Notes under the pieces: model-generated
The model's database searches: none
What the model was told of the DNA's origin: nothing
The model's input: only the letters and a program-made list of their open reading frames with translations
Position numbers and translations under genes: made by a program
Source of the DNA: Trichosphaerium sp. ATCC 40318
Taxonomy: Eukaryota > Protista > Tubulinea
Direction: 5' to 3'
Assembly: GCA_038496445.1 (NCBI GenBank)
Contig: JALMLS010000141.1
Span: 1-63,162 of the forward strand
Length of the DNA: 63,162 nucleotides
Part shown: positions 24,398-38,702 of the stretch, piece after piece
Numbering within the stretch: position 1 is the first letter of the stretch
Layout: each line of letters opens with the position of its first letter

Positions 24398-25992
24398 TTA
24401 AAAAGGCCATACATCAGGTCGCAAAGCCTCGGTCTTCGAGAAAAAAAATTAGTACGAGGGAAGAAATATTTTCACATGATTGCCAGATTTAACAAAGTAC
24501 AGAAAATATTTTTCCCAAAAAGAAAATTTACCTTATTGTTCTCTTTGGAAGGATCATGGTGACCAACTTTAAAAGCCACACATGTTGTGTGGTCCATTTT
24601 ACCAGGATATTTCTCGTAATCATGCTCCAAAGCAGAGTTTGGGTTCTGTTCCATAAACTGACGACCTTTTCCTGTAGTCTCAAGGCAATGGTTGATTAAT
24701 TTTTTTACGATTTGTTTAGGTGTAATTAAATCCTCGTCTTTGCCAATTAACTTTTCTAGAAACTTACATTCAAAGTCCTGGTGTAGCACAATATATTAGC
24801 ACAATAAATCACCAATAACTACGTACAGTTTTTGCGTCTGAAACCTTATCTCTATCAAGAGATGCCCAAGTTGCCGAAGAGTCATCTAAGCCCAAATTAA
24901 GGTCCTGTGGAGCTTTTCCGAGGGTCTGAGGATCCAGATTATCGTGTACGCCGTCTGATACTACGAATATGATATCTCCTTCCTCAACAGGCATACAAAC
25001 AACGCCAAGATTTCTTAAATCAGGTTGCCCATCTTTAACATAAGGACCTAACGGTATTTTAGATGATAAAACTACTTCTGTGTTGTAAAAAAGGAGGAAA
25101 AAAAATGTTTTTTGATCAAAATGCCAAAAAAAAATAAATGGCATTTTTCAGATAAACCGCCACGTCCATGCCAAATTTTTTTTTCAAAAGGTTGCGTGTG
25201 AGCAGGAGGTCATTTTAGTAGTGAAAAATTTTTGGGTAAACAAATTCACAATTTGCACTTTTGCAGTTTTCGTTTTGATTGTGTAAGGGTACCTATTCTG
25301 CCACCAGGGTCTCTGGCGTCGGTAACGTTGATACGATTACCAGCTGTAATATCAGCAACCGTTTTATCTTTCCAACGAAACAAAAACGCTTTACAATCGC
25401 CAATGGTACAACTAACAAACGCCCACGAAGGGTCAGCAGGGTTTGCCTTATTATCAATTTCGATTACAACACCACCAAGCAGTGTTGTAGTACCAGCCAT
25501 CCATACGTCTTCCTTGTCGTATACAATAGCGTGGTTGGCACACGCAAGAGCCGAAATGAGGTTTTCACCGAGTTCTTGTACTACCTTCGTTTCGACTATT
25601 TTACTGTTCAAATACTGAATAAAAGCATCCTTAGCTCTGTTTGAGGCCTCTTTTGGTCGTTCACCCCAATTACAGCCGTCAGTCACACAGAACAAAACGC
25701 CATTTTCATGCGTTTGGGACCTAAAGCTGTCGCATATTGGGTCTCCTTCTCTGCTCGCGTTGTCTGGATAATGAGGGTATGTAGAGATCGTTGAGCCAAA
25801 AGCGTGTGTAAAGCTGTAATTAGGCACTTCTGTACCGTAGGGACCACTAATTACGACAACTTTGCTCATCGACAACTTTTTGATCTTCCAGTCCGGTAAT
25901 TCAGTCAATATGTCCTTCTCTTCTACGTACTGATGAAAAACCGACTTGCCCTTTGGTATCACCATCTTTTTCTTCTTTGATGCCTTCTCCAT
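24398..25992 (-). CDS. PP2C/SpoIIE-like (PPM-type) phosphatase-domain protein
   Basis: VTDGCNWG, AGTTTLLGG, TIGDCKAF, IFVVSDGVHDNLD, GKMDHTTCV. Confidence 0.82.
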
Positions 25993-26373
25993 CTTTAAGG
26001 TGCTACACGCTGGTAGATTTTTGAAATTAAAGCACAATTCCAAAGCCAGTCAGTTTGTGGGTACTTTTTTTTTTGGTGGCTTAAAATACTGCACATTTAA
26101 TTTTTCCTTTATATAGTTTGGTTACGCGTCAAAGAACCAGGAGACACTTGATTTTATTTCCTTATAAAAACAAAACCCAATTCAAAACGTGAAGCAAAGA
26201 AATTTCGTTCTAGACAAATTTGCTACGCTTATTCAAAGCGAACATAACTCAAAAAACTGTCTTAGCGACGGAGAACGAATAGGTATGTCACGTGATTCAA
26301 AACAGGGACAAAACAGTCAAAATAAATCCCGCAGAATCGGTAAAACAAAACTACAACCACTCGTTCAGCAACA

Positions 26374-27617
26374 ATGGCGAATAAAATGAGCGTAAAAGAC
26401 CTTGATGGGGACTATGAAGGGTCCCTAACGAAAATGGCCGGTAGTGGAAAAAACTGGAGGAAACGGCACTTTGTACTGAAGGATACCTCGCTGATATACT
26501 TTGTAAGCTCAAAGGCACGTGCTGGAATCGTTTGGGTTTTGTCTTGCGAAATGAGCTAATTAAGAATTGCGAGAATAACGCCGCACTCACGTGCTTTTGT
26601 TCATACGCGTAGTTTTCGTTGCATGTCCAGAAGCAGAGCAGTGCACTGCGCTAGCAACAAAATACTGCAAGTTTCCTTTTTATTATTTTAGAGAAAAATG
26701 ACATTGGCGTAGTGTAAGTTTCTAACACTTCATCTAGGCGAAAAGACCAGTCGGGCAAATTACACTGGATGTAGAAACGAAATTAATAGGTCCGTTAGTT
26801 ACAATACTCACCGAATGCGACTAACGACCTACAACTTTATAGAGAAACCACCAAAGATGGCTGCGTCAAAAAATCAGAAAAAAATAGAGGGTGGCTTTGC
26901 TGTAGCTACTCCTCTTCGCGTATATTTCATGTACGCTGATTCTGCAGATGAAAAGGAAGGTTGGTTAAAAAAACTCAGGCGTGTACGTAAATGCAGACTT
27001 TTCAGGCATTCACAACAACAAATGCTTACGTCATGATTATGCGACAGGTAATTGCAAAGTTTCATCAAGAAGGTCCATCAAAAGATGAAAAACGTGATAC
27101 AGAAAATAGCTACCTCCGAGAATTTTTGGAAGCGGCTAAAACGATGATGCAGTGGATTGATAAGAAGGAAGACATCACACAAGATTCCTCAAACCTTGCT
27201 AAATTTAAAAATCATACATATGAGGTATCGAGGACTCTTGATTACGTTTGCAGGTACAGTACTATCTCGTTTTGTTATCAATAACATTAATGCGAAACTA
27301 ACTCAATAATTTAACTTTATTTCACATTCTGTCATTAAAAACAGTTGTTTAGGTTCGTTATTGAGGCCGCAGATGTCAAACCTTCACTAGAAGGTAATAA
27401 GAAAGCGCTTGATGAAGCATCAAAGCAAATCCTTACAAAAGTTTCAAACATGGGCTCTGGACAACCTTTATCACCAGAACTAGTACAGCTATTTACTGAC
27501 CTTTTTGGCGCAATGCGTAGTGCCATAGCAACAGTACGCACGTGAATTTTCACGCGATTTTTTTTTAATTTCTTTCGAAAGGTCAAAACAACTGTACGTG
27601 GCGCGCGTATGGAATAG
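26374..27617 (+). CDS. PH-domain protein with C-terminal helical bundle
   Basis: YEGSLTKMAGSGKNWRKRHFVLKDTSLIYF...PVGQITL...FAVATPLRVYFMYADSADEKEGWLKKLR. Confidence 0.85.
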
Positions 27618-27723
27618 GGGAGAAGCGATATTGTACACCTCTAAATAAATTATTCACCATTTTTCTAACCGGGATAATTATTTATTTATTTCTGACATTT
27701 TCTACAACTCTTCTACAGCACAA

Positions 27724-30574
27724 ATGGACAAGCGCTTAGTTAATACTGTTATTGAGTGGATTACCGACCAAGATCCTACATTCTCATCTCGGATAGCTGA
27801 AGGGTATTTAAAACCCACGAAAGCCATGCGTATTTCACTGAGGGTTAATTGCTTAAAGCTGTTGGATTACCATCCGGAACTGGGTTAGCTCACAGTGAAA
27901 ATGTGCTACAAACACTACCTTAGGTTATGCAACTATGTGTCGATACTCTAAAGCACAAGAGTTGTGGAGACAAGCAATATTATGTATTTTGGAGACGAAG
28001 AATTGTGTAGTTGAACCTAGCTACTTGGTATTCAACTTACTCCTACAACAAGTACCAGGACCATTTTTATCCATCTCAGATGTCCAATCGTGTATTACAG
28101 AAGTTGATAGAATTTTGAAGATTGAGGCACGAGCTTAATTACAGAGGAACCGTCCAACAATAGATCTAGGGCATTGTGACCACAATACACTCTCCAGAAG
28201 AAGAAATGTAAGCAAGTAGCCGATTATTGATTTAATGTTACCTAGGCAAGTACTATCTCTCGAATGCACTGGGTGTGGACAAGCGAGTGTAGTTCAATTC
28301 GGATTCTATGAGTACGCAGTGAGACAAGTAGTATCAGCTAAGTTCTCAAGGAAAACATGCAACATATGCAACGCACCAATAAGAGAAAACACAAAGGTAG
28401 ATACACTACATCTACAAAAAACTCATTCTAATCTTAACAAGCGTCGAGTGTCTGAACTGGCACAATGGGTATCAATATCATCTAGCATCGACCATGAGAA
28501 CGGGATTAGTTGGCCTCTTCGCTTAAGACTAACCTGTACGTCTACAGAATAAATGAGGCAGATACAAACCATATCTTTTTTGTAGGCGATTTAATAGAAG
28601 AGTACAAAATACCTTGAAACTTTTTAGTATTCTGATCTTAAATTAGAGTTATGGTTGGAGACTTTGTCAGGATTGTGGGTAGGCTCCCAATGTTGTATTC
28701 AATACAGTTATAACCCCATGTAGGTATTAAAATGCTTGATATTGGTAAGGGTACTATGGTTATGTAACTGAATCAAAAAAGATGGAATTGGAGAAGCCTC
28801 AGTATGGCTAGACGTACTAGATATTGAAAAACAAGAAATCAGTCAAGACATTGATACTTGTTCTCCAGATGACAACCATCTAATGTCTGAATACAATATT
28901 AATGCACCACATACAATAGGTAAATTGGGTGTACAAAATTATTTGCTTATTTCTATTTCGTTTAGATACAGAACCTTGTCATAAAGTAAACTCAATTGTA
29001 AGTTCTTACTTTTTTGTTGATAAAAAAACAAGGTAATAAAACTTCAGGTACAACTCATCTACGGGAGACCTATCCAAGGAATGTCGTATTTTCCTGCTTT
29101 AGCAACTATACTTTGGTGCGTATATACCTAACACGTGTAATTATATAACTATTAAACAAGTGTGACATCCATCCAATGTAAACAAAGAATCCATATATTA
29201 TGTACGTAAAAAAAAGAAAAAAAAAGCATGACGTTTCGTCACATGTGATAAAACTTACTAGTTGTTTTACACAACAAAAAATGTATTGATACTTAGTAGT
29301 CGTCACCAAAACAGGGTTTGAAGCAGGGAGATTACTGTCTCTAATACACAAGACGTGTGACAGCGTTTATTACTCTAACAGGTCTCCTATGTGTCCTAAA
29401 GTAAAATATGAAGGATGTAGTGAGACAAGATGGTCTCTTTCAGGAGGTTCTTCATCTATGTGTAGAAATGGGTGCCTTCTTGTTAATAACATTGATAAAT
29501 TACCAAAAAATGAATTCGATAGTCTAACACAAATAATGGAGTCAGGTACACTTTGTTCTACAACATTGTCGACAATAATTCTACGCTTCCCTATGTTCTT
29601 TGCAAATGAGATTTAAAACACTTGCATCTCATGACAGAGTGTTGGAGTTACATCCAGGTTGCAAAGGCAGAAGAAAAGCAGAGTATCTTCAATTACAGTA
29701 TTTTTAGCTAAGATCCTTTTTATAGAGTCAATTACGGTGTCAAGCAAGAACCACTACTCATCCTTTACAGTTGGCTCAAGGTGAATAAAATATATTTATA
29801 TCTGGTAATCTAAACAAAAGGTATAGAACTTCAATTGTTGGAGTAGCTACAAACCTTGACACTTTGAGAAAAAAGTGTCCACATGTTCTAAGTTTATTCG
29901 ATATTGTTGTCAATGTTGATAACAACTGCATGACTCCTGAAAGTGAGGCCGAAGATGTTTTGCTTTCACTTCCGCCTTTTGCAAGCGAAGAAACCCTAAA
30001 GGTACCTACAACGCCCGTTCACAATCCAAGTGTTTACTGACAATGCAAAGAACATAGGGAAGCGTAGAAGAAGTAGCTCAAACAAACATGACTTGCGCTT
30101 ATCACATATTTCAAAAGAGTTGTTGACTGGATACATTAATACTGTTTACCAGTGTCGAGCCTCTGATAGGAGGCTAGAAGTATCTATTTTTAAGATCCTT
30201 GATGCTCTTAAACAACTTACATGTTACAAAGAATCAAGTATTTCTCATGTTTTGATGGCTATAGGTAATGTCTTCTTTTTTTTATTTGATCGAAAATTTT
30301 TTTTTCATGTTTCTTATGTCATACTTGGTAGAGATTGTTGAAGAGAGTTTATTGCTCCGTAGTGGTAAAAGTGTACTTGGATTTACAGAGCTTTATGGAA
30401 AAAGAAATATTGACACATACGGAGGTATAGCACGACCTACATTGGACCAGAAATATCAAGGGTGCGAACAAATTCATGTTTTTTTTTATATACATGCTTA
30501 CCTCTGTTGTTACAAGATTTTTCCGCCATGTGTCTCGTTTGGCTGGAGTTGAAATATTAAATCGTGAAGAATAA
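27724..30574 (+). CDS. MCMDC2: MCM domain-containing protein 2-like (degenerate MCM AAA+; meiotic recombination factor)
   Basis: MCM N-terminal features (LRVNCLKLLDYHPEL, GIVTTI, CTGCG..CNICN zinc finger), WSLSGGSSSMCRNGCLLVNNIDKL..LTQIMESG with non-canonical Walker B, C-terminal EESLLLRSGKSVLGF. Confidence 0.65.
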
Positions 30575-31026
30575 AGTAAGAACTAGACAGCTGGTCAGTT
30601 AAAACTCTTTTCGATGAAATTGTAGCTTGTAAGCTAGGTGTATTTTATAATACTTTGAAAACACTAAATCTAAGTCTGAGTCTACACTTTTACTTCAGAT
30701 ACTGTAACCTACTAGTTAATGTCGTAATAATTTCTAAAAACTTGTCAAAGCAAAGCATGTGCTAGAAACGACAAAGGGGGTAAAAAATGAAATTGACAAA
30801 ATTACGAAATGTAGAAAAAGTTTCATCTATCCTCAAACCCTCAAATTGAAGAAAATCTCCTTTATCCTTTCGTTCCTCCGGCCGCAGTCACATGAGCTGT
30901 GTCCAACACTCCCAGTCACACTACTGGTTAGTGCTCCAAGTCATGTGGTATTAGAGTTACGCCTTGCAGTGTCAAAAGTAAGTAAGTCTCAGAAATTTTG
31001 TTCAAGATAAAACAGTAGCTGATTCT

Positions 31027-34000
31027 TCACATATTCAAACCAATCTGTAATATAGTGGTCTTGTATCTGTTGTCAACCATGCAAAACTATTTACTGTACA
31101 GTTTTTTTTTATTTTTATTATTTACACAAGGCAGGCAAAACCAGTAAATAAGGAGACTGCAAATATTTCTTTGTTTGGTTTTTTTTTGTTTGCATTCTTG
31201 TTATTATTATTAGTCCGAAAGACGATACTCGAATCTAAAAGATTCTTTTGCAAATGGATTCTTCTTCTTCTTGTTCATCTTTTTATTCTTCTTGTGCAGT
31301 ATAGTGCATGGCAAGTCGTAATTGCCAAGTTTTTTACCACCATCAGTATCTCCATCCTCAACAAAGTACAGCGCATAGTCAGATGCTGGTGCTGCCAATT
31401 TGACTTGCTCTGAACAACGTTTACAAACATCTTCAGTCGTAGCATGGAGTGCCACCATAATTGATTTATATTCATTGTTTTTGAAGTAAACACGTAACAG
31501 TTCCTACCAAACAGTCAAAAAAAAAAAAAGCAGAAATCAAAAAAAAATCTTACTCCTTCTTCTAAGGTTTCCTTCTTTTTCTTACGCCGTTTCTTCTCAG
31601 TTAAATGTGGGATAAGCTCAAGAATACTCTCTGGTTTAGTATGAACCATAAACTCATGACGGAGTAGTTCCGCAGCAGAAGGACGACGATGAGGATTCTT
31701 AGTTAGGCACCTAGTATCAAGTTATTATTTATAATATTCGATAGAACGCTGAGTCATGGCTCAATACACGCATATACAACGCGATTCCACCAATCATTCG
31801 ATCAATATTTTAAAAAGATGCAAAGCTGCATAGCAGTTACTTACTGTTTGATAAAATCAACAAATTTTGGGTCCCATATTTCCGGGTTTATAAGCGTTGG
31901 TGGAGGTTCGTTGACAATACGCAAAGCGGCTTTATGTGGTTCCACATCGATAAGAGGAGGCAATCCTTCAGCCATCTCAAGGAGTGTAATACCCAAACTC
32001 CATATATCAGCTTTATTATCATAACCACCGCCTTTGATCGTCTACAAGAAAGGCTTGTAAGTAAAGAGAAAGATGATGGCAGTAAATGTCTAGAGGCAAC
32101 ATACTTCTGGAGCCATCCAGTAGGAAGAACCAATTGTGGTGAATTGTTTATCAGCTACTTGTTTTGCAGATATACCAAAATCAGCCAGCTTAGCTTGACC
32201 CTTTTCAATTCATTAGTTATCGCAGTAATACCTTAAACAAAGCGCACCCTCGAGTTAATTAGGATATTACCAGACTACAAGAAAAGATAAAAAGTTAGCA
32301 ATCAACATTCTAGTTACGAATCTAGAGTACCTTGACATCTCTGTGTATCATACGCAAAGAGTGTAGGTAATAAAGCGCTTTTAGCACTTGAGAAGTTATA
32401 GCAGCGATTTGAACTAATAGATACTGTTAGTAATGCGTAAAATTAGTTCTACAACATACCAGAAGTCAAACAACCTTCAGAATGATCAGAAGATTTATTA
32501 TCTTCCTCTCTACAATCAACGCAGTTAGTAAAATCAGAATTTGTTTGATTCACAAAAAATCGCTTGTAGTTTTTGTTTTTTTCACTCTACAAAACACTCA
32601 AAAAGCGCTTACTTGGCGTCAATGATATCTTGTACACTTCCACCATCGCAGTATTCCATCACAATCTATTTTGGTATCGTTAACTCAAAATCACAAGGTC
32701 TAAAACACGCATCCACCATACCCAAATGATATCACAATCTGCTTCTTTATAACAACCATAGTATTTTAACGTGTAGTCGCTCTTCAAATCTTTCATTATT
32801 TTTATTTCCTTCACTGTTTGCGTCAAGTTGTTCTGGCTGACTTTCATTCTAAACGAAAAAAAAAAAGAGTAAGTGCAGTGTACGTATTTCAAAAACAGTA
32901 CTTTTTTACAGCCACCACCTTCTTTGTTTGCTTTACAAGTGCTTTATAAACAACACCGGTAGCTCTACAAAAAAAATTAAACGCGTAAATAAAAATAAGC
33001 ACTGAGTAGAATAAGAAAATGTTGCATCTCCACTAATAAAAGGCGAGGAACCATCAAAGGCGTAATAGGAACTTTTATAAAAAAAAAATACATAAAAACA
33101 GCGCTACTCGTAGTGACTGGAGAAAAAGAAAACCTGTTGACACGAGATATGGCATCATACCACAAAACTAAAATTAAAACAGAAAAATTCAAGTAGTACC
33201 CTTCACCAATAGCCGGTTCTAATAGTTTAAATATCTGCTCTGGGTTTTGAGACGACAGTTGATTGTTGAGTATCTGCCCTTCAGTTTTGAGGTCATTGAC
33301 ATGAGGTTGATGGTACCCACTGGCACGTTCGCTCAATGGACTAACGCCACCATCATTGCTGACTTTTTTATTTCGATTTGGACTCTTAGACCGCCCCTTG
33401 CTGCTTTTAGATTTTGTTCGTTTTCTAGAATGATCCCTACAAGCGTCAGTATAAAAATTACGCGAACATAGTATTATCATACCGTCTTCTACTTCTATGA
33501 GGAGACGATCGCTCGCTAGGTGGTTTTACTACTATGCTAGGCACATACTGCTTGCGTATACCATCCAGGATTTCTGTTAGTGACATGACTGCTTTGTCGA
33601 AGGCTACTTGTTTGTCCTTAAAAATAATTAGCAAAATACTGTGAAGAAAATAAACTTGACGCACCTCCTCTTCAGTGGCGCTATATGCTCCCTTTGCAGA
33701 CATGATAGCAGTTTTTATACATTTTCTAAGCTTTGCAACCTACAAAAGGTGAGAAAAAAGAAAATACAAAAATAAGTGTCAAAAAAGAAAAAAAAAGGTG
33801 TACCTCTTCGTCACCGTGACCTTCTTCGTCTTTTAACGCGTCACATAGTTTATGACATTGATCAGTCAATTGCTTTGCTCCGTTTATCAAATCTACACGT
33901 TCTTTATTTGCTGTTGCGCCGCTGATGAGGGATAAAGCGGATAGTAGGGAGTTCAGAATTTTAGTCAATTTGCTGGTGCGCTAGGTTCTTCGTTAGGCCA

Positions 34001-34595
34001 TTTGTAGGTACAAAAAGTTGTTTTTTCCCCTTCAAAAAAAGCAAAACTTACTGGGTCAGGCGGCGGTGTTTCTTCAATCTGTGGCGGAGTGTTTTTTGCG
34101 GTCTCTTCGGCCTCTTGTTCTTTTTGCTGTTCTGCTTCAGCGTGTTGCATTGCTACTAGTTTCATTGACCTATTTAAGTCTTTCATCTTTTCTGCAACCT
34201 GCCGGCAAGCTTGTTTGAGTTTGTTTTGTTGCTCTACGTTTTTGGCATCCTTTACGACTTCCAATGCCGCTATCAATGTCTGTGATATACACCCCTAACA
34301 CTCATTAACACTAAAACACGTTTTGGTACTGTTTCTAAAAAGGGGTTTTGCTTCATTAAATTCGTACGCGCAGGTCGCTCATGCTCTCCAGTACTAACAT
34401 TTCGTTTTCGTCGTCTGTGCCAGTAAACTGTTCTTTTATCACATCTATAAGCTCCGTTGCATGATTAGCACTTTCTTGAGCTGTAATATTCAAGCTCTTC
34501 CAATCCTTATTCTTTATACGGCTCAAAATCTTCACTACATCTGCTATAATTTTACTCGCCAAAGACCGAGCATCAGCATGCCATTGCAACGCCAT
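31027..34595 (-). CDS. STE20-family Ser/Thr kinase with N-terminal helical-bundle (talin/vinculin-like) region and C-terminal RA/ubiquitin-like domain
   Basis: AIGEG-ATGVVYKA, VAVK, IVMEYCDGGSV, IHRDVKSGNIL, VKLADFGIS, GSSYWMAPE, ADIWSLGITLLEMAEGLPP; C-term LRVYFKNNEYKSIMVALHATTEDVC..DYALY. Confidence 0.88.
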
Positions 34596-35051
34596 ACTAC
34601 AACTTTGACACTTACACTACGTAAATAGTTTTAAAACTGAGACTGCTATTGACGCTTCGCCCACTGCAAAAATAGACTCATTTATGTGACTACTTTTTGC
34701 GGAAATGACGCTTCGGTTCAAAGTAGTATCGCACACTCATTACCCTCAATGTTAACTATTTTAGCCCTGGCAGAAAAAAATATTTCTCCATTTTTAGCTA
34801 TTAAAACAACCCACAAACAGGTGCTCCGCTAACAATCGTTCCTTTCTTGGTATCGTACGCTTAGAGAGATGAGAATAGCGTAGCGGCTTTGTTGTTTAGT
34901 TCCCTTTCGCCTGTGATGTTAACGGCGAACAGACGTACACGAATGATTACGCGGTAAAGTCTTTACTACTGTTACCATAGACACCGTGTTGTAACCTCAG
35001 TTAAACACTGGCGCGCGGCCTGTTTTAAATATGAGTGGTTAACTACACGCA

Positions 35052-35693
35052 TCATTCATCGGCTGTGTTTCGTAGAAAGTACGCGACATGCTTCATAAAC
35101 GCAAGTATCCTCTTTTTATCTTGCTCTTCGAAATCCATTTCGGTTATTGTTTGCCTTTTGACATTTTAGTTTTAACACAAATTTTTTTAATCTAGGCGTA
35201 CTGCATGTACATGAACCAGCGATCTGCAGCTTTTGTTGTGACTTTGAACTTGTGGTGCCTCCCGCGAAGCATAGGATGACCTTTACGGTTTGAATATAAT
35301 GGTGGTCCTACACGTTTAACGATTACACGTCAACTTTGCAAAAAAGAAATGAATGGCGCTGAAACAGGGTAACATGTTTTTTTTCAATGCAACTACGCGA
35401 TATTGAGCGTGAAAAGCGTACCACCAAACCTCTGTACAAAAAATTCGCCTTGGTCTCTTGCAGCATCCTCTAGGCTACTCTAGGCGTATATTAGCATTTT
35501 TTGAAGCATTTTAACGACATTTACAAATACGTACTGTGAATATTGACCTAAACCATTCTTCTTTATCTGCGTGCACCTTTTTGTAGAAAATACGAGATAT
35601 CTCAAGCACTTTATCGTTTCCGTATTTTTTGGCTATCGACGGTTCGTTGTCGATGTCAAAGGCGTCAACTTCGCCAGCTTCAGGTGCAGCCAT
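35052..35693 (-). CDS. GLB3: Group II truncated (2/2) haemoglobin, GLB3/trHbO-like
   Basis: [63 protein letters not shown]. Confidence 0.88.
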
Positions 35694-36116
35694 GTTCAAA
35701 TAATTCTTAACTGTCCGTTTTAGGTTTGACTTAATAAAATACCAGTCTCACGCCGTAAAACTAGTCATAAAGCTAACTCATGATACCGCGATGACAGGCT
35801 TAATAATTCTCGTCATAATTTTTGTTGGGCAGCTAATCGCCTTTTTATTTAAGCGTGGCGCACTATCACTCCTAGACAAGGTAATCAGTGGAATTTACCG
35901 CACACCCTTTCTTTTTCAAACTTCTGTAGGCATCAACTGTTGAGAAGAGCTTAACGTATGACATTGCTGTACTACAAGCGCGTGTTAGTGTTTTAGATAA
36001 AATAACAACAACGGGCAATTTTAGTACCTTGGCAAAGGAGCAACGCGCTCTGGATAGCAAAAGAGCGCAATTAAAAAAACTAAAAGGCAAGTGTAGCACT
36101 AAATACTTTGCTGGCC

Positions 36117-38277
36117 TTCAAAGAACCGCACAATGGCCTACATGCGTCACAATTTTATCAGAATTTACCATGCGAACTGACAAATTCGCTAAAAGCCATT
36201 TGGCAACGTGTCAGTGATGATTCAATATTGACATTTGGTAGCTGACAAGGCACGATCAATGTTAATCAGTTCAATACGTTGGCTAGCTTTCTTTATTAAA
36301 TCCACAGGCCTTATAACCTGCCTCGTCTTATTCTGGGGAGAAGTGGTACTCACTTTCTCAAGCAAATCAAATCCTTTCTGGCCAGCTGGGTACGTCTTTA
36401 TTTGCCTGTTTTTTCTGAATCAGCAGACACTCTTTACTACATGTTGACACCTAAGTTATTTTTTGTTCAACGAGAGCTATCTGTAGTCGCGTAGTTCTAA
36501 CACTATGCAATCCTACGCCTGCAAATATACATTTATCTAAAAACATTAATCAATTTTTTGTTTTGTTCTGTTGCTGTAATTTTGACACTTTCGAGTAGGA
36601 GATTAATGACAATTCCATCCCACGCAGCTAATGAAGTTGGTGTTATTTGTTGGGTTCTGGTTTGTAACAGTATGTGCGCAAGGTTAATGCCAACATAAAA
36701 ATACTTTAGCTCTTTACTTTTTATTGGCTTGTACAACAATTTGTACCAACTCCAAAGCTCGTTAATACATTATAAAACGGGCTGCTTTTCTTAGGAGTTG
36801 AGTGGATTGTTCATAAGTTCGGGACATCTTACACCAATACCACATGTAGTAAATCCACCAGGAGTTCGTGTATCAATCTATAGTAATCAGTATGATTTCA
36901 TGATTATTTTCGTTTAACAACGTACGAAAGCAGATATTTGCACAACGTACGGTCTACCCTTTTCGCTACAGATATTTGTTAGATAAATTACGATAAATAA
37001 TGATATCGTACCCAAGAGGAAACGTGTAAAACTTCACACCACCTTTTGAAAAAAAACCAAGTTATTCTTCAATTTAAAGGATATTTCCTCCGTACCTTGT
37101 AGCCTTCCTACCTCAGAACGCACTAAATCTCGTACTTCAAACATACTAATATCTTGTAAACAAAACAAAATTGTGTAGACCTAATGCAAGACGCACTAGT
37201 CTTGTGTTTCGCCAGTGATTTCTGGAGCTTCAAACCCGGCTTGGTTCTGGAAGTAAACAATTGTTCTCACGATATTAACATCCCTTATAGGGCAGGCACT
37301 GAGTACACCGCCTATTTTAGAGAAGCATATTTGCACGACATCCGTGGCAAAGGAGAAACCGAACATAAAGTTCGGTAGCCTAATGTACAATTAGATTCCA
37401 ACATAAAAAAAGTTGTATTACGTGTATCTGATGCCAGCTAGATCGCCTGTACCGAATGGCGTGGTTGGCGCCAGGTAGTTTCCGCTAGATCCGTTCATCT
37501 TTAACAATTCCATGCTGAGAGGCATGACAACATCTTAGAAAAATCAGAACAATGGACGTATGAAATAATTGACCTGTTATCATTATGTTTGACACTGAAA
37601 CAGACCGAACAGAAAGTGGAATATTCACAGCAGCTATAAAAACGTGTTTAGCAATTTTGATCACATCCTTTATCGTGTACCTCCAGTTGTAGCACAATTT
37701 GTTGCAGAGGTGCATGTGACTCTGTCGAACGAAAAGGTGTAGTCTCCTCTGAAGTCAGTGTTCGTAGTTGGCTTGGAAGTACTCAAAGTCCATAATTGTC
37801 TACACGGTGAAAGGGAAGTACAGTCTTGCTTTAGCGTTATCTTGGGAGTTAAATAAATTAATGGAGATCACGTGATTTTTTCCTTATTTTGAAAGGATAC
37901 CGTAAAACTAAATCCGCCTTGGGTTTGCGTTGGTGCGTTGTTTAGTAGTTTCTCAGAGCCACTTAAAGCGCTTGTTTCAATATCAATTATTAAAGCGTTT
38001 CCTTCAAATCGTTCATGTATGGTGTATATCTACGCGACCTGATTAATCACGTGATGAATTTCTAAATTTTCGCAACGTTTATTGTTGCTATGAGAATAAT
38101 TATTACCTCAATACCTGGTACAGTACCTCCTACTAATAGAATGCATAAGCACGTGTAACAAAAAATTTCTGTAAAAAATCTGCTGTAAAAATTGCTCAAC
38201 CACGTACTGCTTGGCTGGGAGATACACCAAAGAACGAATACATAATATAAAAGAGAAATGCACCTTCTTGGCGTCAT
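36117..38277 (-). CDS. Hypothetical multi-exon protein, probably secreted; ends uncertain
   Basis: Series of open exons bounded by GT/AG (e.g. ITLKQDCTSLSPCRQLWTL...FRGDYTFSFDRVTC), hydrophobic N-terminus; no family recognised. Confidence 0.4.
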
Positions 38278-38702
38278 TCTATGTACAAGAGAATGAAATA
38301 ACTTAAAGTTTTTACCACCAAGTCTAACTCACATTTTGAAGGTACTGTAGCGTCATAACTTATCACGTTCTACGAAGCATGGGATGCAAACTTTCATGCG
38401 CGTGTTGTTGCTATAGAACAGGTATATAATTAAATAGTTAATGTAGAAGTTTATTTGATTTTTTAGTACTTACAACACCTCAGGATGATCTCAAAGCGGA
38501 TCTCGAGAATCGTACGTAAAGCGAAAAATTATCACTGACAATTTCAGAGACTTCAAAAAAGAAAAAATTGCCAAATCTTTGGTCAAATACTTTTGTTGCG
38601 TACTTTTTTTAAACGAAAGAATTTCGGCCAATTTTAGCCTTGCCCCCTTTGCAAGTACTCATGCAACTACCTTGAACGACGTTACCTTGCTAATCGTCAT
38701 TC

